From assembly GCA_002189035.1 (NCBI GenBank), contig NEEC01000032.1, positions 27,364 to 91,363 on the forward strand: a DNA stretch of 64,000 nucleotides. Reading direction: 5' to 3'. Below, piece after piece: positions 11,801 through 26,700 of this stretch. The position numbers and the translations under genes are program-made. The notes beneath the pieces were generated by a model. That model ran no database searches. It saw only the letters and a list, made by a program, of their open reading frames with translations, and had not been told where the DNA came from. This DNA is from Utricularia gibba. Its lineage: Eukaryota > Plantae > Magnoliophyta. Numbering within the stretch: position 1 is the stretch's first letter; every line of letters starts with the position of its first letter.

Positions 11801-14765
11801 TAGGGCTATTTGATTCTTTTGCCTTGTATGTTGTTCGCATCAATTTCGAGAACATGAAGCACATTATTAAAAGCAGTCACCACGGAATGCCACGTGAGAC
11901 ACTTTTCGTTGTGGCTTGTTTTTAATATGTCCACAGTTATCGGACAAACGTAACTCCAAATTATAATACTTGGAGCTCGAATAGGGCTTCCCAACAGTGT
12001 GCTATGAAGAGCAAGGATCTGCATGTTATGCGAGCGGTGCTTCGCAGACCAGGATGTGCGACATAGTCATCTCATTGCGCATCATCATTCGGGGTGCAGC
12101 CTAAAAATCACACGTGCACCGGATTCATTAAAAATAAATATTTACGCATATCCAGATTATATAACAGTGTTGGGATAAGTGATGCCACGAAATTCATGAT
12201 GTAGCATGTGACTTTTTTCCAACTTGATCGCATAGTAGATGAAGTCTGACACCATATGTTTTGGCTTTGATTGATGCATTTAGTTGCTATGATACTTCTG
12301 ATTCTTGATGCACCATTCCCGTATACCATGTCTCTAGTGGCTATTTGAGTCTTTTGACTTCTATGTTGTTCGCATCAATTTCGAGAACATGAAGCACATT
12401 ATTAAAAGCAGTCACCACGGAATGCCACGTGAGACACTTTTTCGTTGTGGCTTGTTTTTAATATGTCCAGAGTTATCGGACAACGTAACTCCAAATTATA
12501 ATACTTGGAGCTCGAATAGGGCTTCCCAACAGTGTGCTATGAAGAGCAAGGATCTGCATGTTATGCGAGAGGTGTTTCGCGGATTAGGATGTGCGACGTA
12601 GTCATTTCATTGCGCATCATCATTCGGGGTGCAGCCTAAAAATCACACGTGCACCGGATTCATTAAAAATAAATATTTACGCATATCCAGATTATATAAC
12701 AGTGTTGGGATAAGTGATGCCACGAAATTCATGATGTAGCATGTGACTTTTTTCCAACTTGATCGCATAGTAGATGAAGTCTGACACCATATGTTTTGGC
12801 TGTTGATTGATGCATTTAGTTGCTAGGATACTTCTGATTCTTGATGCACCATTCCCGTATACCATGTCTCTAGTGGCTATTTGATTCTTTTGACTTGTAT
12901 GTTGTTTCCATCAATTTCGAGAACAAGAAGCACATTATTAAATGCAGTCACCACGGAATGCCACGTGAGACACTTTTTCGTTGTGGCCCTTTTTTAATAT
13001 GTCCACAGTTATCGGACAAACGTAACTCCAAATTATAATACTTGGAGCTCGAATAGGGCTTCCCAACAGTGTGCTATGAAGAGCAAGGATCTGCATGTTA
13101 TGCGAGCGGTGCTTCGCGGATCAGGATGTGCGACATAGTCATCTCATTGCGCATCATCATTCGGGGTGCAGCCTAAAAATCACACGTGCACGGGATTCAT
13201 TAAAAATAAATATTTAAGCATATCCAGATTATATAACAGTGTTGGGATAAGTGATGCCACGAAATTCATGATGTAGCATGTGACTTTTTTCCAACTTGAT
13301 CGCATAGTAGATGAAGTCTGACACCATATGTTTTGGCTGTTGATTGATGCATTTAGTTGCTATGATACTTCTGATTCTTGATGCACCATTCCCGTATACC
13401 ATGTCTCTAGTGGCTATTTGATTCTTTTGCCTTGTATGTTGTTCGCATCAATTTCGAGAACATGAAGCACATTATTAAAAGCAGTCACCACGGAATGCCA
13501 CGTGAGACACTTTTCGTTGTGGCTTGTTTTTAATATGTCCAGAGTTATCGGACAAACGTAACTCCAAATTATAATACTTGGAGCTCGAATAGGGCTTCCC
13601 AACAGTGTGCTATGAAGAGCAAGGATCTGCATGTTATGCGAGAGGTGCTTCGCGGATTAGGATGTGCGACATAGTCATCTCATTGCGCATCATCATTCGG
13701 GGTGCAGCCTAAAAATCACACGTGCACCGGATTCATTAAAAATAAATATTACGCATATCCAGATTATATAACAGTGTTGGGATAAGTGATGCCACGAAAT
13801 TCATGATGTAGCATGTGACTTTTTCCAACTTGATCGCATAGTAGATGAAGTCTGACACCATATGTTTTGGCTGTTGATTGATGCATTTAGTTGCTATGAT
13901 ACTTCTGATTCTTGATGCACCATTCCCGTATACCATGTCTCTAGTGGCTATTTGATTCTTTTGCCTTGTATGTTGTTCGCATCAATTTCGAGAACATGAA
14001 GCACATTATTAAAAGCAGTCACCACGGAATGCCACGTGAGACACTTTTCGTTGTGGCTTGTTTTTAATATGTCCACAGTTATCGGACAAACGTAACTCCA
14101 AATTATAATACTTGGAGCTCGAATAGGGCTTCCCACAGTGTGCTATGAAGAGCAAGGATCTGCATGTTATGCGAGCGGTGCTTCGCAGACCAGGATGTGC
14201 GACATAGTCATCTCATTGCGCATCATCATTCGGGGTGCAGCCTAAAAATAACACGTGCACCAGATTCATTAAAAATAAATATTTACGCATATCCAGATTA
14301 TATAACAGTGTTGGGATAAGTGATGCCACGAAATTCATGATGTAGCATGTGACTTTTTTCCAACTTGATCGCATAGTAGATGAAGTCTGACACCATATGT
14401 TTTGGCTGTTGATTGATGCATTTAGTTGCTATGATACTTCTGATTCTTGATGCACCATTCCCGTATACCATGTCTCTAGTGGCTATTTGAGTCTTTTGAC
14501 TTCTATGTTGTTCGCATCAATTTCGAGAACATGAAGCACATTATTAAAGCAGTCACCACGGAATGCCACGTGAGACACTTTTCGTTGTGGCTTGTTTTTA
14601 ATATGTCCAGAGTTATCGGACAAGCGTAACTCCAAATTATAATACTTGGAGCTCGAATAGGGCTTCCCAACAGTGTGCTATGAAGAGCAAGGATCTGCAT
14701 GTTATGCGAGAGGTGTTTCGCGGATTAGGATGTGCGAGTCATTTCATTGCGCATCATCATTCGGG
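8890..14765. repeat. Higher-order repeat sub-domain of array 2 (11 monomers, order A-E-C-D-B-C-D-A-B-C-D)
   Basis: Diagnostic variants recur at multi-monomer spacing. D marker TGAGTCTTTTGACTTCTATG at 10746, 12346, 14488. C marker CGCAGACC at 10442, 12043, 14184. B marker TTTAAGC at 11073, 13213. A marker AACAAGAAG at 9180, 12922. Confidence 0.85.
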
Positions 14766-17700
14766 GTGCAAAAATCACACGTGCACCGGATTCATTAAAA
14801 ATAAATATTTACGCATATCCAGCAGTGTTGGGATAAGTGATGCCACGAAATTCATTATGTAGCATGTGACTTTTTTCCAACTTGATCGCATAGTAGATGA
14901 ATCTGACACCATATGTTTTGGCTTTTGATTGATGCATTTAGTTGCTATGATACTTCTGATTCTTGATGTATTCCCGTATACCATGTCTCTAGTGGCTATT
15001 TGATTCTTTTGTTGTATGTATCAATTTCGAGAATCATTATTAAATGCAGTCACCACGGAATGCCACGTGAGACACTTTTCGTTGTGGCTTTTTTAATATG
15101 TCCACAGTTATGGACAAACGTAACTCCAAATTATAATACTTGGAGCTCGAAAGGGCTTCCCAACAGTGTGCTATGAAGAGCAAGGATCTGCATGTTATGC
15201 AGAGGTGCTTCGCGGAGGATGTGCTAGTCATTCATTGCGCATCATCATTCGGGTGCATAAAAATCACACGTGCACGGGATTCATTAAAAATAAATATTAC
15301 GCATATCCAGACAGTGTTGGGATAAGTGATGCCACGAAATTCATGATGTAGCATGTGACTTTTTTCCAACTTGATCGCATAGTAGGTCTGACACCATATG
15401 TTTTGGCTGTTGATTGATGCATTTAGTTGCTATGATACTTCTGATTCTTGATGCACCATTCCGTATACCATGTCTCTAGTGGCTATTTGATTCTTTTGCT
15501 TGTATGTTGTTTCATCAATTTCGAGAACATGAAGCACATTATTAAATGCAGTCACCACGGAATGCCACGTGAGACACTTTTCGTTGTGGCTTGTTTTTTA
15601 ATATGTTTATCGGACAAACGTAACTCCAAATTATAATACTTGGAGCTCGAAGGGCTTCCCAGTGTGCTATGAAGAGCAAGGATCTGCATGTTATGCAAGA
15701 GGTGCTTCGCGGAGGATGTGCGACGTAGTCATTTCATTGCGCATCATCATTCGGGGTGCATCCTAAAAATCACACGTGCACGGATTCATTAAAAATAAAT
15801 ATTACGCATATCCAGATTATATAACAGTGTTGGGATAAGTGATGCCACGAAATTCATGATGTAGCATGTGACTTTTTTCCAACTTGATCGCATAGTAGAT
15901 GAAGTCTGACACCATATGTTTTGGCTTTTGATTGATGCATTTAGTTGCTATGATACTTCTGATTCTTGATGCACCATTCCCGTATACCATGTCTCTAGTG
16001 GCTATTTGATTCTTTTGCCTTGTATGTTGTTCGCATCAATTTCGAGAACATGAAGCACATTATTAAAGCAGTCACCACGGAATGCCACGTGAGACACTTT
16101 TCGTTGTGGCTTTTAATATGTCACAGTTATCGGACAACGTAACTCCAAATTATAATACTTGGAGCTCGAAAGGGCTTCCCAACAGTGTGCTATGAAGAGC
16201 AAGGATCTGCATGTTATGCAAGAGGTGCTTCGCGGACAGGATGTGCGACGTAGTCATTTCATTGCGCATCATCATTCGGGGTGCATCCTAAAAATCACAC
16301 GTGCACGGGATTCATTAAAAATAAATATTTACGCATATCCAGATTATATAACAGTGTTGGGATAAGTGATGCCACGAAATTCATGATGTAGCATGTGACT
16401 TTTTTCCAACTTGATCGCATAGTAGATGAAGTCTGACACATATGTTTTGGCTGTTGATTGATGCATTTAGTTGCTATGATACTTCTGATTCTTGATGCAC
16501 CATTCCCGTATACCATGTCTCTAGTGGCTATTTGATTTTTTTGCTTGTATGTTGTTCGCATCAATTTCGAGAACATGAAGCACATTATTAAATGCAGTCA
16601 CCACGGAATGCCACGTGAGACACTTTTCGTTGTGGCTTGTTTTTAATATGTCCACAGTTATCGGACAAACGTAACTCCAAATTATAATACTTGGAGCTCG
16701 AAAGGGCTTCCCAACAGTGTGCTATGAAGAGCAAGGATCTGCATGTTATGCAGAGGTGCTTCGCGGACCAGGATGTGCGACATAGTCATTTCATTGCGCA
16801 TCATCATTCGGGGTTAAAAATCACACGTGCACGGGATTCATTAAAAATAATATTTACGCATATCCAGATTATATAACAGTGTTGGGATAAGTGATGCCAC
16901 GAAATTCATGATGTAGCATGTGACTTTTTTCCAACTTGATCGCATAGTAGATGAAGTCTGACACCATATGTTTTGGCTTTTGATTGATGCATTTAGTTGC
17001 TATGATACTTCTGATTCTTGATGCACCATTCCGTATACCATGTCTCTAGTGGCTATTTGATTCTTTTGCTTGTATGTTGTTCGCATCAATTTCGAGAACA
17101 TGAAGCACATTATTAAATGCAGTCACCACGGAATGCCACGTGAGACACTTTTCGTTGTGGCTTTTTAATATGTCCACAGTTATCGGACAAACGTAACTCA
17201 AAATTATAATACTTGGAGCTCGAAAGGGCTTCCCAACAGTGTGCTATGAAGAGCAAGGATCTGCATGTTATGCAGAGGTGCTTCGCGGACCAGGATGTGC
17301 GTAGTCATTCATTGCGCATCATCATTCGGGGTGCATCCTAAAAATCACACGTGCACGGATTCATTAAAAATAAATATTTACGCATATCCAGATTATATAA
17401 CAGTGTTGGGATAAGTGATGCCACGAAATTCATGATGTAGCATGTGACTTTTTTCCAACTTGATCGCATAGTAGATGAAGTCTGACCCATATGTTTTGGC
17501 TTTGATTGATGCATTTAGTTGCTATGATACTTCTGATTCTTGATGCACCATTCCCGTATACCATGTCTCTAGTGGCTATTTGATTCTTTTGCTTGTATGT
17601 TGTTCGCATCAATTTCGAGAACATGAAGCACATTATTAAATGCAGTCACCACGGAATGCCACGTGAGACACTTTTCGTTGTGGCTTTTTTTAATATGTCC

Positions 17701-20700
17701 ACAGTTATCGGACAAACGTAACTCCAAATTATAATACTTGGAGCTCGAATAGGGCTTCCAACAGTGTGCTATGAAGAGCAAGGATCTGCATGTTATGCAG
17801 AGGTGCTTCGTGTGCGACATAGTCATTTCATTGCGCATCATCATTCGGGGTTTAAAAATCACACGTGCACGGATTCATTAAAAATAAATATTTACGCATA
17901 TCCAGATTTATAACAGTGTTGGGATAAGTGATGCCACGAAATTCATGATGTAGCATGTGACTTTTTTCCAACTTGATCGCATAGTAGCTGACACCATATG
18001 TTTTGGCTTTTGATTGATGCATTTAGTTGCTATGATACTTCTGATTCTTGATGCACCATTCCCGTATACCATGTCTCTATATTTGATTCTTTTGCTTGTA
18101 TGTTGTTCGCATCAATTTCGAGAACATGAAGCACATTATTAAATGCAGTCACCACGGAATGCCACGTGAGACACTTTTCGTTGTGGCTTTTTTAATATGT
18201 CCACAGTTAAAACGTAACTCCAAATTATAATACTTGGAGCTCGAAAGGGCTTCCCATGTGCTATGAAGAGCAAGGATCTCAGAGGTGCTTCGCGGACCAG
18301 GATGTGCGTAGTCTTCATTGCGCATCATCATTCGGGTGCAAAAATCACACGTGCACCGGATTCATTAAAATAAATATTTACGCATATCCAGACAGTGTTG
18401 GGATAAGTGATGCCACGAAATTCATGATGTAGCATGTGACTTTTTTCCAACTTGATCGCATAGTAGATGAAGTCTGACACATATGTTTGGCTTTGATTGA
18501 TGCATTTAGTTGCTATGATACTTCTGATTCTTGATGCACCATTCCCGTATACCATGTCTCTAGTGGCTATTTGATTCTTTTGCTTGTATGTTGTTTCATC
18601 AATTTCGAGAACATGAAGCACATTATTAAATGCAGTCACCACGGAATGCCACGTGAGACACTTTTCGTTGTGGCTTTTTAATATGTCCACAGTTATCGGA
18701 CAAACGTAACTCCAAATTATAATACTTGAGCTCGAATAGGGCTTCCCAACAGTGTGCTATGAAGAGCAAGGATCTGCATGTTATGCAGAGGTGCTTCGCG
18801 GACCAGGATGTGCGACATAGTCATTTCATTGCGCATCATCATTCGGGGTGCTTAAAAATCACACGTGCACCGGATTCATTAAAAATAAATATTTACGCAT
18901 ATCCAGATTATATAACAGTGTTGGGATAAGTGATGCCACGAAATTCATGATGTAGCATGTGACTTTTTTCCAACTTGATCGCATAGTAGATGAAGTCTGA
19001 CACCATATGTTTTGGCTTTTGATTGATGCATTTAGTTGCTATGATACTTCTGATTCTTGATGCACCATTCCCGTATACCATGTCTCTAGTGGCTATTTGA
19101 TTCTTTTGCTTGTATGTTGTTCTCAATTTCGAGAACATGAAGCACATTATTAAATGCAGTCACCACGGAATGCCACGTGAGACACTTTTCGTTGTGGCTT
19201 TTTTAATATGTCCACAGTTATCGGACAAACGTAACTCCAAATTATAATACTTGGAGCTCGAATAGGGCTTCCCAACAGTGTGCTATGAAGAGCAAGGATC
19301 TGCATGTTATGCAGAGGTGCTTCGCGGACCAGGATGTGCGACATAGTCATTCATTGCGCATCATCATTCGGGGTGCAGCTAAAAATCACACGTGCACGGA
19401 TTCATTAAAAATAAATATTTACGCATATCCAGATTATATAACAGTGTTGGGATAAGTGATGCCACGAAATTCATGATGTAGCATGTGACTTTTTTCCAAC
19501 TTGATCGCATAGTAGATGAAGTCTGACACCATATGTTTTGGCTGTTGATTGATGCATTTAGTTGCTATGATACTTCTGATTCTTGATGCACCATTCCCGT
19601 ATACCATGTCTCTAGTGGCTATTTGATTCTTTTGCTTGTATGTTGTTCGCATCAATTTCGAGAACATGAAGCACATTATTAAATGCAGTCACCACGGAAT
19701 GCCACGTGAGACACTTTTCGTTGTGGCTTGTTTTTAATATGTCCACAGTTATCGGACAAACGTAACTCCAAATTATAATACTTGGAGCTCGAAAGGGCTT
19801 CCAACAGGTGCTATGAAGAGCAAGGATCTGCATGTTATGCAGAGGTGCTTCGCGGACCAGGATGTGCGACATAGTCATTTCATTGCGCATCATCATTCGG
19901 GGTGCAGCTTAAAAATCACACGTGCACCGGATTCATTAAAAATAAATATTTACGCATATCCAGATTATATAACAGTGTTGGGATAAGTGATGCCACGAAA
20001 TTCATGATGTAGCATGTGACTTTTTCCAACTTGATCGCATAGTAGATGAAGTCTGACACCATATGTTTTGGCTTTTGATTGATGCATTTAGTTGCTATGA
20101 TACTTCTGATTCTTGATGCACCATTCCCGTTACCATGTCTCTAGTGGCTATTTGATTCTTTTGCTTGTATGTTGTTCGCATCAATTTCGAGAACATGAAG
20201 CACATTATTAAATGCAGTCACCACGGAATGCCACGTGAGACACTTTTCGTTGTGGCTTTTTTAATATGTCCACAGTTATCGGACAAACGTAACTCCAAAT
20301 TATAATACTTGGAGCTCGAAAGGGCTTCCCAACAGTGTGCTATGAAGAGCAAGGATCTGCATGTTATGCAAGAGGTGCTTCGCGGACCAGGATGTGCGAC
20401 ATAGTCATTTCATTGCGCATCATCATTCGGGGTGCATCCTAAAATCACACGTGCACGGATTCATTAAAAATAAATATTTACGCATATCCAGATTATATAA
20501 CAGTGTTGGGATAAGTGATGCCACGAAATTCATGATGTAGCATGTGACTTTTTTCCAACTTGATCGCATAGTAGATGAATCTGACACCATATGTTTTGGC
20601 TTTGATTGATGCATTTAGTTGCTATGATACTTCTGATTCTTGATGCACCATTCCCGTATACCATGTCTCTAGTGGCTATTTGATTCTTTTGCTTGTATGT

Positions 20701-23700
20701 TGTTCGCATCAATTTCGAGAACATGAAGCACATTATTAAATGCAGTCACCACGGAATGCCACGTGAGACACTTTTCGTTGTGGCTTTTTTAATATGTCCA
20801 CAGTTATCGGACAAACGTAACTCCAAATTATAATACTTGGAGCTCGAAAGGGCTTCCCAACAGTGTGCTATGAAGAGCAAGGATCTGCATGTTATGCAGA
20901 GGTGCTTCGCGGACCAGGATGTGCGACGTAGTCATTCATTGCGCATCATCATTCGGGGTGCATCCTAAAAATCACACGTGCACGGATTCATTAAAATAAA
21001 TATTTACGCATATCCAGATTATATAACAGTGTTGGGATAAGTGATGCCACGAAATTCATGATGTAGCATGTGACTTTTTTCCAACTTGATCGCATAGTAG
21101 ATGAATTCTGACACCATATGTTTTGGCTTTTGATTGATGCATTTAGTTGCTATGATACTTCTGATTCTTGATGCACCATTCCCGTATACCATGTCTCTAG
21201 TGGCTATTTGATTCTTTTGCCTTGTATGTTGTTCGCATCAATTTCGAGAACATGAAGCACATTATTAAATGCAGTCACCACGGAATGCCACGTGAGACAC
21301 TTTTCGTTGTGGCTTTTTTAATATGTCCACAGTTATCGGACAAACGTAACTCCAAATTATAATACTTGGAGCTCGAAAAGGGCTTCCCAACAGTGTGCTA
21401 TGAAGAGCAAGGATCTGCATGTTATGCAAGAGGTGCTTCGCGGAGGATGTGCGACGTAGTCATTTCATTGCGCATCATCATTCGGGGTGCATAAAAATCA
21501 CACGTGCACGGATTCATTAAAAATAAATATTTACGCATATCCAGATTATATAACAGTGTTGGGATAAGTGATGCCACGAAATTCATGATGTAGCATGTGA
21601 CTTTTTTCCAACTTGATCGCAAGTAGATGAAACACCATATGTTTATTGATGCATTTAGTTGCTATGATACTTCTGATTCTTGATGCACCATTCCCGTATA
21701 CCATGTCTCTAGTGGCTATTTGATTCTTTTGCCTTGTATGTTGTTCGCATCAATTTCGAGAACATGAAGCACATTATTAAATGCAGTCACCACGGAATGC
21801 CACGTGACACTTTTCGTTGTGGCTTGTTTTTAATATGTCCACAGTTATCGGACAAACGTAACTCCAAATTATAATACTTGGAGCTCGAAAGGGCTTCCCA
21901 ACAGTGTGCTATGAAGAGCAAGGATCTGCATGTTATGCAGAGGTGCTTCGCGGACCAGGATGTGCTAGTCATTTCATTGCGCATCATCATTCGGGGTGCA
22001 TCCTAAAAATCACACGTGCACGGATTCATTAAAAATAAATATTTACGCATATCCAGATTATATACAGTGTTGGGATAAGTGATGCACGAAATTCATGATG
22101 TAGCATGTGACTTTTTTCCAACTTGATCGCATAGTAGATGAATTCTGACACCATATGTTTTGGCTTTTGATTGATGCATTTAGTTGCTATGATACTTCTG
22201 ATTCTTGATGCACCATTCCCGTATACCATGTCTCTAGTGGCTATTTGATTCTTTTGCCTTGTATGTTGTTCGCATCAATTTCGAGAACATGAAGCACATT
22301 ATTAAATGCAGTCACCACGGAATGCCACGTGAGACACTTTTCGTTGTGGCTTTTTTTAATATGTCCACAGTTATCGGACAAACGTAACTCCAAATTATAA
22401 TACTTGGAGCTCGAAAGGGCTTCCCAACAGTGTGCTATGAAGAGCAAGGATCTGCATGTTATGCAAGAGGTGCTTCGCGGACCAGGATGTGCGACGTAGT
22501 CATTTCATTGCGCATCATCATTCGGGGTGCATCCTAAAAATCACACGTGCACGGATTCATTAAAAATAAATATTTACGCATATCCAGATTATATAACAGT
22601 GTTGGGATAAGTGATGCCACGAAATTCATGATGTAGCATGTGACTTTTTTCCAACTTGATCGCATAGTAGATGAATTCTGACACCATATGTTTTGGCTTT
22701 TGATTGATGCATTTAGTTGCTATGATACTTCTGATTCTTGATGCACCATTCCCGTATACCATGTCTCTAGTGGCTATTTGATTCTTTTGCCTTGTATGTT
22801 GTTCGCATCAATTTCGAGAACATGAAGCACATTATTAAATGCAGTCACCACGGAATGCCACGTGAGACACTTTTCGTTGTGGCTTGTTTTAATATGTCCA
22901 CAGTTATCGGACAAACGTAACTCCAAATTATAATACTTGGAGCTCGAAAAGGGCTTCCCAACAGTGTGCTATGAAGAGCAAGGATCTGCATGTTATGCAA
23001 GAGGTGCTTCGCGGACCAGGATGTGCGACGTAGTCATTTCATTGCGCATCATCATTCGGGGTGCATCCTAAAAATCACACGTGCACGGGATTCATTAAAA
23101 ATAAATATTTACGCATATCCAGAGTGTATAACAGTGTTGGGATAAGTGATGCCACGAAATTCATGATGTAGCATGTGACTTTTTTCCAACTTGATCGCAT
23201 AGTAGATGAATTCTGACACCATATGTTTTGGCTTTTGATTGATGCATTTAGTTGCTATGATACTTCTGATTCTTGATGCACCATTCCCGTATACCATGTC
23301 TCTAGTGGCTATTTGATTCTTTTGCCTTGTATGTTGTTCGCATCAATTTCGAGAACATGAAGCACATTATTAAATGCAGTCACCACGGAATGCCACGTGA
23401 GACACTTTTCGTTGTGGCTTGTTTTTAATATGTCCACAGTTATCGGACAAACGTAACTCCAAATTATAATACTTGGAGCTCGAAAAGGGCTTCCCAACAG
23501 TGTGCTATGAAGAGCAAGGATCTGCATGTTATGCAAGAGGTGCTTCGCGGACCAGGATGTGCGACGTAGTCATTTCATTGCGCATCATCATTCGGGGTGC
23601 ATCCTAAAAATCACACGTGCACGGGATTCATTAAAAATAAATATTTACGCATATCCAGAGTGTATAACAGTGTTGGGATAAGTGATGCCACGAAATTCAT

Positions 23701-26700
23701 GATGTAGCATGTGACTTTTTTCCAACTTGATCGCATAGTAGATGAATTCTGACACCATATGTTTTGGCTTTTGATTGATGCATTTAGTTGCTATGATACT
23801 TCTGATTCTTGATGCACCATTCCCGTATACCATGTCTCTAGTGGCTATTTGATTCTTTTGCCTTGTATGTTGTTCGCATCAATTTCGAGAACATGAAGCA
23901 CATTATTAAATGCAGTCACCACGGAATGCCACGTGAGACACTTTTCGTTGTGGCTTGTTTTTAATATGTCCACAGTTATCGGACAAACGTAACTCCAAAT
24001 TATAATACTTGGAGCTCGAAAGGGCTTCCCAACAGTGTGCTATGAAGAGCAAGGATCTGCATGTTATGCAAGAGGTGCTTCGCGGACCAGGATGTGCGAC
24101 GTAGTCATTTCATTGCGCATCATCATTCGGGGTGCATCCTAAAAATCACACGTGCACGGATTCATTAAAAATAAATATTTACGCATATCCAGAGTGTATA
24201 ACAGTGTTGGGATAAGTGATGCCACGAAATTCATGATGTAGCATGTGACTTTTTTCCAACTTGATCGCATAGTAGATGAATTCTGACACCATATGTTTTG
24301 GCTTTTGATTGATGCATTTAGTTGCTATGATACTTCTGATTCTTGATGCACCATTCCCGTATACCATGTCTCTAGTGGCTATTTGATTCTTTTGCCTTGT
24401 ATGTTGTTCGCATCAATTTCGAGAACATGAAGCACATTATTAAATGCAGTCACCACGGAATGCCACGTGAGACACTTTTCGTTGTGGCTTGTTTTTAATA
24501 TGTCCACAGTTATCGGACAAACGTAACTCCAAATTATAATACTTGGAGCTCGAAAAGGGCTTCCCAACAGTGTGCTATGAAGAGCAAGGATCTGCATGTT
24601 ATGCAAGAGGTGCTTCGCGGACCAGGATGTGCGACGTAGTCATTTCATTGCGCATCATCATTCGGGGTGCATCCTAAAAATCACACGTGCACGGGATTCA
24701 TTAAAAATAAATATTTACGCATATCCAGAGTGTATAACAGTGTTGGGATAAGTGATGCCACGAAATTCATGATGTAGCATGTGACTTTTTTCCAACTTGA
24801 TCGCATAGTAGATGAATTCTGACACCATATGTTTTGGCTTTTGATTGATGCATTTAGTTGCTATGATACTTCTGATTCTTGATGCACCATTCCCGTATAC
24901 CATGTCTCTAGTGGCTATTTGATTCTTTTGCCTTGTATGTTGTTCGCATCAATTTCGAGAACATGAAGCACATTATTAAATGCAGTCACCACGGAATGCC
25001 ACGTGAGACACTTTTCGTTGTGGCTTGTTTTTAATATGTCCACAGTTATCGGACAAACGTAACTCCAAATTATAATACTTGGAGCTCGAAAAGGGCTTCC
25101 CAACAGTGTGCTATGAAGAGCAAGGATCTGCATGTTATGCAAGAGGTGCTTCGCGGACCAGGATGTGCGACGTAGTCATTTCATTGCGCATCATCATTCG
25201 GGGTGCATCCTAAAAATCACACGTGCACGGGATTCATTAAAAATAAATATTTACGCATATCCAGATTATATAACAGTGTTGGGATAAGTGATGCCACGAA
25301 ATTCATGATGTAGCATGTGACTTTTTTCCAACTTGATCGCATAGTAGATGAATCTGACACCATATGTTTTGGCTTTTGATTGATGCATTTAGTTGCTATG
25401 ATACTTCTGATTCTTGATGCACCATTCCCGTATACCATGTCTCTAGTGGCTATTTGATTCTTTTGCCTTGTATGTTGTTCGCATCAATTTCGAGAACATG
25501 AAGCACATTATTAAATGCAGTCACCACGGAATGCCACGTGAGACACTTTTCGTTGTGGCTTGTTTTTAATATGTCCACAGTTATCGGACAAACGTAACTC
25601 CAAATTATAATACTTGGAGCTCGAAAGGGCTTCCCAACAGTGTGCTATGAAGAGCAAGGATCTGCATGTTATGCAAGAGGTGCTTCGCGGACCAGGATGT
25701 GCGACGTAGTCATTTCATTGCGCATCATCATTCGGGGTGCATCCTAAAAATCACACGTGCACGGATTCATTAAAAATAAATATTTACGCATATCCAGAGT
25801 TATATACAGTGTTGGGATAAGTGATGCCACGAAATTCATGATGTAGCATGTGACTTTTTTCCAACTTGATCGCATAGTAGATGAATCTGACACCATATGT
25901 TTTGGCTTTTGATTGATGCATTTAGTTGCTATGATACTTCTGATTCTTGATGCACCATTCCCGTATACCATGTCTCTAGTGGCTATTTGATTCTTTTGCC
26001 TTGTATGTTGTTCGCATCAATTTCGAGAACATGAAGCACATTATTAAATGCAGTCACCACGGAATGCCACGTGAGACACTTTTCGTTGTGGCTTGTTTTT
26101 AATATGTCCACAGTTATCGGACAAACGTAACTCCAAATTATAATACTTGGAGCTCGAATAGGGCTTCCCAACAGTGTGCTATGAAGAGCAAGGATCTGCA
26201 TGTTATGCAAGAGGTGCTTCGCGGACCAGGATGTGCGACGTAGTCATTTCATTGCGCATCATCATTCGGGGTGCATCCTAAAAATCACACGTGCACGGAT
26301 TCATTAAAAATAAATATTTACGCATATCCAGATTATATAACAGTGTTGGGATAAGTGATGCCACGAAATTCATGATGTAGCATGTGACTTTTTTCCAACT
26401 TGATCGCATAGTAGATGAATTCTGACACCATATGTTTTGGCTTTTGATTGATGCATTTAGTTGCTATGATACTTCTGATTCTTGATGCACCATTCCCGTA
26501 TACCATGTCTCTAGTGGCTATTTGATTCTTTTGCCTTGTATGTTGTTCGCATCAATTTCGAGAACATGAAGCACATTATTAAATGCAGTCACCACGGAAT
26601 GCCACGTGAGACACTTTTCGTTGTGGCTTGTTTTTAATATGTCCACAGTTATCGGACAAACGTAACTCCAAATTATAATACTTGGAGCTCGAAAGGGCTT

